DNA of 64,000 nt from Styela clava (lineage: Eukaryota). Below, one piece after another: positions 35,248 through 46,996 of the stretch (positions within the stretch are counted from its first letter, which is position 1; each line of letters starts with the position of its first letter). Made by a program: the position numbers and the translations under genes. The stretch is taken from positions 5,394,001 through 5,458,000 of the forward strand of contig NC_135258.1 of assembly GCF_964204865.1 (NCBI RefSeq), given 5' to 3'. Under the pieces are notes generated by a model. That model was not told the DNA's origin, ran no database searches, and saw only the letters and a list, made by a program, of their open reading frames with translations.

Positions 35248-37287
35248 ATGGAAACTGTGCTTAAAGATTTAACTTATGTTGAAATTTGTCTTGATGAAGA
35301 CATAATATATGAAGCAAGCCTTTTATCTGAGGAGATAAATAGAGAGAAAATTACAAGTATTTCTGGAAACACTGCAGTCGAAGATATTTGCAATGCTGAT
35401 AATAGTGATAAATATGTGCCATGTGAAGACACAGGGGAATTTCCGAGCCATAACCAAGATACTGCTAAAACTGATATAAACAGCACTGTTATCTTTGAAG
35501 AAGACAATAATGAATTTGATTCTGAAGAATCCTCCGTCATAGCAATGCAGGAGCAGAATGAACCCACTGCTGTTTTTGTAACTGATCTCAACTCAGGGTT
35601 CTTATCAAAAGATAAATTATCTGTTTATCTTCAACAGGGATCTATTGATAACGCCCATCAAAGTGATAATCGCTTAATTACTGATGAAGAGCAAAATAAT
35701 AAGTTAATCGGAGGTAATGGACAGAAATTGTCCAACTTTATTGATAACGCTCATGTAACTGATAACAGGCAGAAATCATCTGATTGTATTGAAGACAATC
35801 TTCTGAGTGATAAGGTATTAACTACTGATAAAGGAGGAATATTGCAAAGTAATCATGATCTTATTATTGATAAGGATTCCTATACTAATGAGAATTATTT
35901 TAAGATAGCTCGCAGTCTCTTGAATGATATTATTGATTATATTATCGAAAAAGAAATTTCTGATAAAACTGAAATTTGTAACATATGTGGGAGAGGATTT
36001 GACTCATCAGCTAAGTTGGAAAGGCATTTGGAGTTTCACATAAGAGGTCGAAAAATACATTATTGCTCTGTGTGTGGCAAGGATTACGATCAAAAATCAC
36101 ATCTGGAGTATCATATGGTACGACACACCGGTGTAAAGCCTCATACATGTGAAATATGCGGGCAGAGTTTCACCCAAAAACCATGGTATAACATACACGT
36201 AAAATCACATACATCAAAACCAAATGTTCCTTGTGAAATATGCGGAAGAAAGTTTTGGGCAAAACACATCTTGAATAAACATAAGAGGAAACATCATAGT
36301 GGGTTGCCTTTTGTCTGTAATATTTGCGGAAGCTCTTTCAGTGGAAAACAAGGTTTGGTACAGCATGTGAACGTACATCCGCCACATATATGCGAAACAT
36401 GTGGCAAAGAGTTTAATAATTATAAAAGTCTACGCTTGCATTTTCCCTCTCATAAACCAAGCTGGCCTGAGCATGTCTTTGCAGACGGTGTAAAAGGTTT
36501 TCGTTGCGAAGTTTGTAAAAGAACATTTCATCGAAGACAAGATCTGACTTTCCATTCGCAAGCTCATGCTTCTAAAGTTCATAAATGTCAAGTTTGTGGT
36601 GCTGGATTCGTGCGGGATAGCTTTTTAAAGAAGCATATGATTGCACACTCAGAAAGACCGTATAAATGTGAATTATGCGTAAAAAGTTTTCATCATAAAA
36701 AGTCTTTAGAAAATCATCAAATATATCATACAGGAATAAAACACTTCGGTTGTCATATTTGTGGTAGAAGGTTCTATTGGAAACATCGCTTGGCTATACA
36801 TCTAAAACGCCATAAAAATGTAAAGACTGAAAATGCTGTACCTGGTAACGATTCTGAATTCGCTCAGCAGACTTCTACATTACAATGCGAAAAAATGGAT
36901 ATGGATGAAGCATCTGGAATTGGTACTGTAGAACCCAATAATGGAAGTGTAATGTCGGGAAATTGTATTTCCATAGGACAAAAAGGGAACTCACAAACAT
37001 CAACATTCGCGATAGGCGAAGCTGAGGAATTCAATCTTGGTTCTGTGAAATTTACCGGGCATAAAATAGTATTCTCTCCTGAAGTGAATTCATTGTCTCT
37101 CCCTACTGAACAAACTCGAGCTATAGCAATTTTGGATGCTGAATCGATAGTGAAATTCGCTATGCATAACATGTCGAAAAAAACTAAAGAATCAGTTAAG
37201 GTACCAAAGATGGCGAACATAATGACGATAAAAGAGGGGGATTCTGATCCCTATAAGATCAGGACTATGGGTGATGAGCAATCATAA
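35248..37287 (+). CDS. C2H2 zinc-finger protein (10 fingers), tandem copy 5
   Basis: Intact 679-aa ORF. Confidence 0.93.
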   Translation: METVLKDLTYVEICLDEDIIYEASLLSEEINREKITSISGNTAVEDICNADNSDKYVPCEDTGEFPSHNQDTAKTDINSTVIFEEDNNEFDSEESSVIAMQEQNEPTAVFVTDLNSGFLSKDKLSVYLQQGSIDNAHQSDNRLITDEEQNNKLIGGNGQKLSNFIDNAHVTDNRQKSSDCIEDNLLSDKVLTTDKGGILQSNHDLIIDKDSYTNENYFKIARSLLNDIIDYIIEKEISDKTEICNICGRGFDSSAKLERHLEFHIRGRKIHYCSVCGKDYDQKSHLEYHMVRHTGVKPHTCEICGQSFTQKPWYNIHVKSHTSKPNVPCEICGRKFWAKHILNKHKRKHHSGLPFVCNICGSSFSGKQGLVQHVNVHPPHICETCGKEFNNYKSLRLHFPSHKPSWPEHVFADGVKGFRCEVCKRTFHRRQDLTFHSQAHASKVHKCQVCGAGFVRDSFLKKHMIAHSERPYKCELCVKSFHHKKSLENHQIYHTGIKHFGCHICGRRFYWKHRLAIHLKRHKNVKTENAVPGNDSEFAQQTSTLQCEKMDMDEASGIGTVEPNNGSVMSGNCISIGQKGNSQTSTFAIGEAEEFNLGSVKFTGHKIVFSPEVNSLSLPTEQTRAIAILDAESIVKFAMHNMSKKTKESVKVPKMANIMTIKEGDSDPYKIRTMGDEQS

Positions 37288-38520
37288 AAAATGGACAGTT
37301 GACCGTCGTGTCATGCTGAGCATTAGGAATACGTTGCTATCGTACCCCTAAATACCCCACGCTGCTTAGAATCTCATGGAGCATAATTATTCCCATACCG
37401 GACATGGACTGGCAACCAGACATGCCGCCGTGTCGCCATATGATTAAGCCATCTTATCGACTTCCCTTCCTATATTTGATGAGAATTAAATAAAGCTACA
37501 TGCACTCAGAAATAAAAGAGGCAAAATTAGAGAGAACCACTGAAATGCAAACTGCTACTACATCCACAAGTAATTTTTGATTGCTGAGAGACTTCAGCAT
37601 TTTAAGTCAATACTATCAGGATAACAGCGGTTTCCAACCGGTGGCCTGCTCAAAAGGGCCACAGAGCAGTTGGAGGGGGGCCATGATGCTAGACGAAAAA
37701 CTGATTTCACCTTTACATTACAATAAACTCCCATTTTTTCCTAGCTTTATAAGGCTATTTCACAGAGTGTTTCTACTTTGTTAAGCAAGAATTGTTTGAA
37801 CATGATTGGATTTGGAATACAACAATCGAAATAACACTATAAATTTCAATGGAATGATGAACAGAAGCCATGAGTGGTGAAAGCCTTCAGAAGGAGGCCA
37901 CGATCCCAAAAGGTTGAGAACCACTGAGCTATAAGGTAGTGAGGGCACAAAACCAGTGGTGGGATTCAGCCGGTTCTAAAGAACCATCTCATAGAATATT
38001 GAGAAATCAGCGAACTGGTTGGCATTAAGCGGTTTATTTGTTGAAAAAATATGACTTTTTGTAACAGAACCGGATGAAATATATGACTTTTGTGATGGAA
38101 CCAGCTGACAAAAATTTGAATTCCACCACTGCACATAACTAACGTGTTTGTAAGAAACTATTTCTTTTTTTGAAGTGTACACTGAAAATGACTGAAAAGC
38201 ATGTATCCTACTATGTTTTTCACTTATGTTCACATACTAACCCAATAAATAGAAAGTATGTCATTTCACTGATAGGGATTGTGATGAAAGTTCTCCATTA
38301 TTCGCTCTTGTGTATTGTCATTTTTTTGTAAAATTGCTGAGTTGTAAAAAAATCATTATCTCTTTTATATTTTGGACAACCAACCTATTCACGCTATATT
38401 GTTAAATTTTAATTTGGAAATAAATTTTATGTTGAAAAGGGGATTTCTATTTGATCTCGTAATAGCTTGTTGCTCATACAGCATCTGCTAACCGTCTATG
38501 CCAGTGGTTCCGGAATAGCG

Positions 38521-38833
38521 GACGCGGCGGTGTGGCTCATCGCGATAAGCAATAGGAATACGCTCGCCACCGCACCTCTAATTACTTCGAATCCCATGCG
38601 GGATGGTTATGTGCGAGAGGATTGCTGGACTCCTCGCCGCCATAGGGTGGTTCACGTAACCGCTGGTCGGTTACAGCTTCTTCCACCGTCAAGTCCATGC
38701 TTCCGAAAAACAAGTAACTAACTAATCCAATACCCGACATGGATTGGTAATCGGTCGAGAGGCCGTGGTTCACCATATGGATACGCCGTCTTATCGGCTT
38801 TCCACTCCCCTGTGATGAATATGTAAATCCTAT
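38521..38833 (+). mobile_element. tRNA-derived SINE
   Basis: Near full-length copy of the 56777 family. Confidence 0.8.
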
Positions 38834-39657
38834 CTTACCGTGAACCAATTACGACCTGCCAAACTTGGCTGAAATAATTGAAAAATCATGTTTTTTTTAA
38901 TTTTCTGTGTTTTTAAGACCTCTGATTGTTACTTCATTATCACCATTTGGATGTATGTATACTCGTAACAATCCAATTATACAATCTTAATTATACATAC
39001 CGATATTGGCCCCCCACGTCTAATTTGGTCCCCAGTCAATCAACTTTTGTTATAAGCATTCAGTTCCCTTGGCTAAAAAGATGCGTGGTTGGTGTGTCAT
39101 GCGTCAGGAACAACTCTGTCTTTCAGATTTGAATCCTGCCGGGGAAATTTATGTGTGACAGAGTTGCTGGACACTTACGCAACTTATGGGAATGACTGAA
39201 CACGTCCATAACTCTATATCCGACATGAACTTGAAACCAGACGAGAGTATGTGGTACACCATATTATTATGTCATCTAAATATCTACAAAAATCCCTTAT
39301 TATCATTTCCTAAATTATAATAGGCTTATAGTTTGAAATTTACAATTAACGCTTTTTCCAATGTGTCAGCAATTATTGGTTAATAAGGCACATTAAGGTC
39401 AGTTTTGCTATGAATCCGATCAGAATGTTGGTTTTCAACTGGGCATCCTCTGGTTCCGCAAGCTTCCATTCAAATCAGAGAATCTGTATTATTATATGTA
39501 AATTGTTTAAATATACCCAAATACCAATTCGATTTGTAACTTGTTGAACGTGCTACACTTTGAAAAATTTTAATTTATAGTTGATGAAATTCAGACAATA
39601 AGACTATTATTACACACGGATTCTCTGAACTCTTGGAAAATTTTATTGGGGTTTGAC

Positions 39658-39847
39658 CAGGGGTGGGCAACATGCGGCCCGCGACGAGATTTTGACCGGC
39701 CCGCTTACATTATGATAAATTTAAACTTTACTTCAAACGCGATTTATAATTTTCTTTCTTGCATTAGCGAATAAATATGTGATTTAGATATTGAATACTA
39801 TTCATGGTATAATCCCGCCCGCTGAGAACTTCATTTTCCCACCCCTG
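39658..39847. mobile_element. hAT-type MITE
   Basis: CAGGGGTGGG...CCCACCCCTG TIRs with a perfect 8-bp TSD GGTTTGAC. Confidence 0.88.
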
Positions 39848-40591
39848 GGTTTGACTTTGCCTAAAAGGATGAAAACCACTGGATTATGGCTCCTAACCCA
39901 CAAATTAAGGGCAATGAAATTTCATATGCACTCGTTAAATTCTGAGCCGTTAAAAAAGCACATTCAAGCAAGGCTTGAAAATCCTGTTCCAGATGCATGT
40001 GGACTTGAAAATGTATTGCATCGGAAAGTATCTTGGGGCAGTATATATAGCACATCGCAAATCGATTATAATGTGACTCGTGCAACACCTGAAGAGGCAA
40101 ATTAAAAATGTCTTCCCCCGCTATGGACTTGTAATTTTGCACAGATATATAAGTATTGGGTTTTGAACTACTATTGCAATCTTGCCGGTTCAAATTTTTT
40201 TATCCTTGGAGGAATCTAATGACTTTTGACCTGCGTGCTGGCCCCAATGATGCACAAATTACAAGGTTGGCTTTCTTTCATTATTTATTTTAAAAAACAA
40301 TATAGATGACAAAATACTATAATTCAAAAACGGTAGTATACAGTACATAGGTATTTGTCTGTCAGTTAGATACACGCGATATCTCACCTGCTCCAAGTTT
40401 TGCATGTGCATTCATCATATCTCGGATTGATTTTGGATGAATTATGCCATATAATTAGCGAGCTATCAATTAATTAGTGATGGGACAAATGTGTTGTTAG
40501 AACATAATGAAATTTTCAGAGTGTATCTAAAATGGTAATTTGATTTTGGCTTGAAGAAAAAAATAAATGAACTAGCAACATTAAATTATAA

Positions 40592-41377
40592 TCATGAGTC
40601 ATCGCTATGATGGACATTCCCTCTGTTTGGAAGAACACCAATTTCAGAATTGATGTCTTCATTCCGACTTAAAGCCATGAGAAGCCCAAAGTATGTTGTT
40701 TTTGAAGATTTAGAAAGTTCACTGTGAACATGTTGGGAGTCTGGACTTGGCGCACTTTTTGGTAGCTTTACTTTTAGCTTCTCAATCGCTTCATAAAAAG
40801 CTTGACTCTGTACACCTTCAGTGTTCCCCTGTGAAAAATTTCTCTTTTTCTGTTGCCAGGTATCAGATGTGGGAACAACAATGGATGAACCATTAATCAA
40901 ATGTTCATAAACTTCTTTACATAAAGTTAAATATTCCTCGTAATAAAACTGAATTTGAAATGCATATACAAAGTCTATAAAGGACATTAAACAGTCAAGA
41001 GCATCTTCCATTAGCACAATATGTGCAGTTCTCTGAACAATGTCCAATGGAAAATCATAACATAACAAACATAGTAGGGAATGATATTCTTTACCACTCA
41101 GCAGTTCGCCGTAGCCTGCAAGTTTATTAAAGCATCTCCAGAAACATGAGATTAAACTTTTTCTGTTTTTTGTTGTGGCAGAAACATATTCAAACTCTCT
41201 AAATAAAGTATTTGTTCCTTCATGTGCACTTTTAAAATAATCCGATAAAAATCGAGCGGGAACCATTTTTGGAGTTTCATCTTTTTGTTCTAGTAGTTGA
41301 TTAATTGCATCTTCCATGTATTTCACAATTTCATGACGCTCCAGATATTCACTCAAAGATTCTCTTGCTTGGGACAT
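40592..41377 (-). CDS. CSTPP1: Centriolar satellite-associated tubulin polyglutamylase complex regulator 1 (C11orf49/UPF0705) ortholog, intronless
   Basis: EYL..H....YMEDA..QLLE, ARF...YF, LFREF, FWRCF, KEYH.LL.LLC.DFPL, IVLM.DA.DCLMSF.DF..AFQIQFYY and LMALS match the human protein as I recall it. Acceptor AG at 41401-41400, 22 nt before the ATG. Confidence 0.9.
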   Translation of the reverse strand: MSQARESLSEYLERHEIVKYMEDAINQLLEQKDETPKMVPARFLSDYFKSAHEGTNTLFREFEYVSATTKNRKSLISCFWRCFNKLAGYGELLSGKEYHSLLCLLCYDFPLDIVQRTAHIVLMEDALDCLMSFIDFVYAFQIQFYYEEYLTLCKEVYEHLINGSSIVVPTSDTWQQKKRNFSQGNTEGVQSQAFYEAIEKLKVKLPKSAPSPDSQHVHSELSKSSKTTYFGLLMALSRNEDINSEIGVLPNRGNVHHSDDS

Positions 41378-42582
41378 TTTGTAAAATAAATTAAATATTC
41401 TGAAATATATAAAATATTATTAGTTATAATCAGGGCTTTTTAGTCATACTATGAATCATAGTCTATGATACTTATTAATTTTCAACAACAAATACGAGGA
41501 ACTGCATCCATACATCTGAGGGTATTTACCGGTAATGATATATTGCAGCATGGTCGATGCATGTTTTGCTTGGTGAAAATTTTTTCTGTCAGTTTTGATC
41601 TGTATTGATTGAGTTCGGTTTCGGATGGCGTCATCTCAATCGGCCGTGAGCTCCGCTCGGCTTGTTCGAGTTCCGAATTATGTTCCGAATGCCGCAGCAT
41701 TTTTGACTTGAATGCGTTTGTCGACTACCGAAGTATCATTGTACACTCAATTTGTATTGTACTACTAAATTGTAGTTTTTGATATCGCAACTGCAAAATC
41801 ATTACCCGACAACATAACAGAAAAACATTATCCCTTGAAAAAATGGGCTATTTCACAAGTGGCCTGCCTGATTGCGGTGACGGTTTTATGGAAATTTCTG
41901 ATTTATACTCCCCCTCCTCTTTTTGGTAATTCTGACGGCGCCCTTGAACGTATTTCAACCTCTGTGTTATCGAACCTTCCTTTATGACATTTTGTGTCTG
42001 GTTCAAAATTCAAATTCTGCAATCTTTTCTAACCAGAACCTGAATCGCAACTAGATAATTACTAGTTTATTATTTCAGAATGTAGCGCTTTTTTCAAATA
42101 TCACATTAGTGGTGAGGGCTTTGTACCAAAGATCCGTATTTTGCAAGCCTTTGGATACAGAAATTATAAACGAAACCATACTGTGACCATCAACTGATTT
42201 TTAAAACATAGGCATTTATTCAAGATCTTGCATTGTTTTAATCACTGAGCTGAAGTTATAAACCTTTTATTACTTTCAAATATCTCGTGTATCATGCGCC
42301 AAAGCATTACATTTCCCAAGGTGAGTTAACCTCTTCTCCATTAATGCATATGCGTTTGCCGATAAAACAGCGTAACAAGGCTAAGACAATCGTTGTTTTG
42401 ACAAACGAAACAAGATGTACTGCAAATAGCGTTGCCAGTAATATAAGTGATACAGGCGCTCCCGTTTTCTTTCTAGAGTCCCTAAACTGCTAAAGGTTTA
42501 TGACTTCAAGCCGAACATGCTGATTTCAATAAACAAATGTGTCCAGGCAATGAATAAATAATGTAAACAATGAATAGCTTGA

Positions 42583-42910
42583 CAGTGTGGCGTATCATGC
42601 TAAGCGTTAAAAATAGGCTCGCCATCGCACCTCTGATTACTCTGTGTGGGCTTGCAGGTTTGAATCCCTTGGGGGTATAATTAGGCTATGTGCAAGAGGA
42701 TTTCTCACCGTTTTAGGGTGGTTCAAGTAACTGCTGGCCAGCTACAGCTTACTCTACCGGTCCTAAGTTACTAAGCGTTACTCTAAGTCCATGCAACTGG
42801 AATGGTGGTAACAACACAATATGGACTGTTAACCGGATGAAGTGCCATGGTTTTTACAATATCACTAGGCCGTCTTATAGGCTTTCTTCTCTAATAATGT
42901 AAATCTTATC
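42583..42910 (+). mobile_element. Degenerate tRNA-derived SINE copy
   Basis: Matches the 56777 copy from GTGTGGCGTATCATGCTAAGCGTT through GCCGTCTTATAGGCTTT and TGTAAATCTTATC. Confidence 0.7.
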
Positions 42911-45843
42911 TAACGTGGTATGAACAGCAAGAATGTTAGAATTTATTATTCTAATCAAGTCCATTACACACCCAACTAAACTGAACAAAGGGGTACCGAC
43001 CATTAGGGATCAACCTATTACAGTATTAACAAGCCACTACATTCAGATATTGGTTTCCGATCCCAGCAATTTTTTCCCAAACGCTAATTACCGGTACTCT
43101 AGCATTATTGTTGAAATATTTAGCTATTCATCCTTGAATAAAGTTTGCCTGCGTTAGCCATAACAAAACTGCAGCAAGATTGGTGAGAAAACGCGTGGTC
43201 TTTCAAGAGCTAGTTGCATGCTTTCAAATTAACTGTTGGGTTAGTTAGTTTCAGTCAGTTATTAAACTCGTTAGTATAGTTTACGAACTGTGTTTGTTAC
43301 GATCTGAGAGTTGAAAAATCCAGATTTCTCGGTGGTTACAAGAAAACCGTTAGCTGCAACGCATGTCTGAGTGACGTTGCCTTGGCGACATCTCTCATGC
43401 GTGATCGGCGCGTTTCGTCAAGAATATTTTCTTTGTTTTTTTATTTGTGTTTCTTAGGTTTGAATATAAATCAAACAATTCAATGTTCATACATACCGGT
43501 ACGGTACCCTATTCCGCTGTCTCATACTGCTGTACTGCCTTCCATTGGAAGAAAAACGTCTGCATCTCCTCTAGGACAAACAAAAAGAAACCTAGCAGTT
43601 TCTGCCAAAGTATCCCAGTGTGTTGATCAATCAGCTCTACTAGCAATATTTCAATCATTACTACTTAGCCATATTCGATATTGTTGTTCAGTCTGCCTTC
43701 ATGGTAATAAAACACTTGTCTCAAAACTGCAGAGTATTTGTAATAATTTTTTAAGAACAGTTTTTTTAAGTGTAGACTCTTACTTCAAATCACTAAATAA
43801 ACCTAAGGTTGAATATATGATGAAATTTGAAATATTATCCCTAGCTCACGACTTATGAAACGGTATTGTGACATGCATGAGTATATTTTTTTTTAAATAT
43901 ATAGGTAGCTGACATACCCGAATGATATTTTCTTTAAATAACTTATCACTTCACGTTGTGTTTTTATCTTTTTCTAGCTGTGATGTCCTTATCATACACG
44001 CTTGGTCCTATGTTTGAGTGGTGGTATAAGTGCAACTAGGCGAACAGTAGAGCTATGTTGGATTCTCCCCTTCAGATTTTAGTTTGCTGTGGGTCATTGT
44101 AATTGGATGTGGTTTTTATATCATTTATGTATGCATGCATGTTATGTTAAGGATTGGTATTGGTGTTTGAGTTGACTTGTTGGCCAAGGTATAGATAGTA
44201 AAATTTTGTGTGTTTTTTTGCATGGTGTGATAAATTTTTCCCGGTCCCAAGCAGAATGTCATCATAGATCATCTATCCATCGCTACCGGTATATAATGAC
44301 AATACATCCCATTTAATCAAACAATTATTTTTTGCCTGTGATAAATAGTTCAGAGCGTTCCCCTTCACCCAATCATTGAAACATCTACTCGCGGTTTTAA
44401 TTTTTGTTTTTCAGGTTACTTCAAAGTGATTAAATGAAGTAAAACACATAAGGAAAAAATCAAAAAAAGACTCCGATATCCTGTGAAATAACAACCTTAT
44501 TCCTATATCCTTGTCTGAAATCAATACCCAAGAATGAAAAACCTCACTTACACTCTTTGTAACCAATTTATTTCCACATCCTACTTTACTTAATTATAGT
44601 AATTTTACTGTTACCGGTAACTTTAATTACTTATTTCAATCTGGACTACAAATTGGCAATAATAGGATCTAATTTGGGGAATGAAATGGTCTGTCTCGCC
44701 CACCTCTTCATGCACCCAATTCTGGCAACTTTGGTTGGGCAACTTGGCATTTGACTCCAACTATAATCAGCTTGGCAATATGTTTTCAATAGAATCTTCC
44801 TTTTATATTTTATTTAACGATTAGAAGATCGATCAATTTGGCAATGGCAACCATTACAAAAATATCAATATGGTGTGGCAAATAATTTTTTTCTTTTCTA
44901 GTATTTATTTATTTTTTTGTTTACCGTATAGTATACCCTAAATTTATCGCGTTTTATTCTTACCCAAATAACTTCTCAGTGGTTGTGTGTGTGTATTTGC
45001 ACCTGCCAACCTTCCAGGCAGCCGCAATTATAAGTAACCAAGAACCAAGTTATCTACTCTTCAGTTTCATCTTGGTTTACTACAAATCCGCGCTGTTTCC
45101 CAATTGCTCCACACCAAAATATAGAAACATAACTAAAAACTTACTCTTGGGACCAGAACTAATATTATGTTGAATGCTTGCAGGGGCATATGAAAATCTG
45201 AGCAGCAAATTAAATTTTGACAATTACTTAACGCCAATTTGTTGTAACACTCAAGAATATTGATGTCTATGGAAAAACAGGTTGTGAGGACACAAAACTT
45301 GTCTTTGTGTAAGCAGGTAGCTGCAAAGCTAATTTCATGGTGGCAAATGCTAGCGACAAAATATGAGAATATAACAATAATTTTGGGTCGGTGTCTATCG
45401 TTTTCAAGATTCCATTGTGCTACGCAACCAGACAGTCATGCACATGAAAACATATTAGATATCCTGGATATATATTTTCGTGAATAACATACATGCGATT
45501 CAATATATACATATACAAGTTTTTCAAAATGCATTGTAACGTAAGAGAACAAATATTTCAACCATTAGTAAACAAACTAAGTTGTATGGTGAAATTACTT
45601 TATCTCATGATTCAAAGTAAGTGTTCTATCTCCATCAATTTCAGTTTAACTGCCACATCTTTAGACAAGCAGTTCTTCAAAATAAGCTTTGAAAGGCAGA
45701 AATATCCATTTCACCAAATGCAGTGGTGTGTGTAGGCCACCACCACTTCAATAGTTCTCCCATTCCACCTCGCTTGAGAGAGAGAAGTGCTCAGATGACA
45801 TCCTGGAGATTCACACTTTACAGCATAATAAGCGATGCATTTT

Positions 45844-46234
45844 GTTACATAAAAATGTTTTAAGAGTCATTAATTAAACTTCAAAGTCTTGTGTGATCTG
45901 ATCTTGTAATCACTATATTTTGGCACACAGCTTTTAGCTGGCCATTTTTGCTGATAATGCAGTATTCAGCATAAGTAAGTTTTCATATATTCATTCTTTG
46001 GAAGGACCGAGGTCCTACCCGTTTTATTACTCACACCCAGTTACATAAAAATGTTTTAAGAGTCATTAAATAAACTTCAAAGTCTTGTGTGATCTGATCT
46101 TGTAATCACTATATTTTGGCACACAGCTTTTAGCTGGCCATTTTTGCTGATAATCCAGTATTCAGCATAAGTAAGTTTTCATATATGCATTCTTTGGAAG
46201 GACCAAGGTCCTACCCGTTTTATTACTCACACCC
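45844..46234. repeat. Near-perfect two-copy tandem duplication, period 196 bp
   Basis: GTTACATAAAAATGTTTTAAGAGTC...TTATTACTCACACCC at 45844 and 46040, with only a few mismatches. Confidence 0.9.
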
Positions 46235-46775
46235 CGGGTGAAGGGGTGGGCATGAGATGGTACTCATTCACGCCCTTCACTTCGTACAAAGCCCTGCACA
46301 AGCAGCAATAGATCAATACGTAAGGGACTACTATTTTTGTAGGGACGGGAATCTTTTCGGTTCGGCAATGCCTACCCAATTTATTACACCCTGGGTGAGG
46401 TGGTGGGCATTGCATGCCAACATAGGTAAATCGAATAATCTAACTACTTGGCCATCGCGCCCAAACATATTTTAGTAAAACACAATTTCAAATTACAAAA
46501 TAGGCGAAAGATTTGAAACTATCATTACCATTGTTCCTATGATGTAAGACATATTCATGGTGATTTGCGTTGTTACATCACATGAGCCAATTTGAAATTG
46601 ATAGTTTCAGATATCTTGCTTCACATATTTCATAAATATACAATCAGTCATATTTACAATAGAAATAATAATCTATATACAAAAGATAATGATTGTGTGA
46701 TTCAATTTGAATTTACATTAAAACTTTCTATATTTATCTTGGGAAAGAGGAAAGCAGATATATCGCTCAAGCCAT

Positions 46776-46996
46776 GGTACTCCTGTAGTATTTGAACGAA
46801 GATGGCGGGCCCCCGGAACGTAGTATATGTGCCAGGCTAGGGTTAGGCCATAATTTCAAACACTAAGGGAGTCACTTGGCTAATCGCCGAACTTGTAATA
46901 GAATTAAAATAAGAAATAAAATTATGGCCTAACCCTAGGATGGTAGACGTACTACGTTACGTTGTGCGTCATCTTGGTTCATACTTCTGCAGCGCC
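46776..46996. mobile_element. GG-terminal palindromic MITE (Merlin-like family)
   Basis: Diverged copy of the 53781/61172 family. An internally deleted copy lies at about 47653-47809. Confidence 0.65.

Larger units (their letters stand above)
15932..37287 (+). repeat. Tandem segmental array of five ZF gene units
   Basis: ATGs at 15932, 22013, 26350, 30800 and 35248 (spacings 6081, 4337, 4450, 4448). The spacers are homologous and carry the same SINE and MITE insertions. Homology extends upstream of copy 1 to about 13425. Confidence 0.95.

Noticed and set aside
41482-41700. 72-aa minus-strand ORF upstream of CSTPP1 as a second bicistronic partner
   Set aside because: It contains internal ATGs, has no recognisable features and lies upstream of the CSTPP1 acceptor. 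It is more likely promoter or outron sequence.
43382-44420. ORF 43382-43858 and a possible + strand exon 43978-44188
   Set aside because: The ORF starts at TTG with no recognisable domain. The splice-like sites enclose no convincing reading frame, and a lncRNA cannot be shown from sequence alone.
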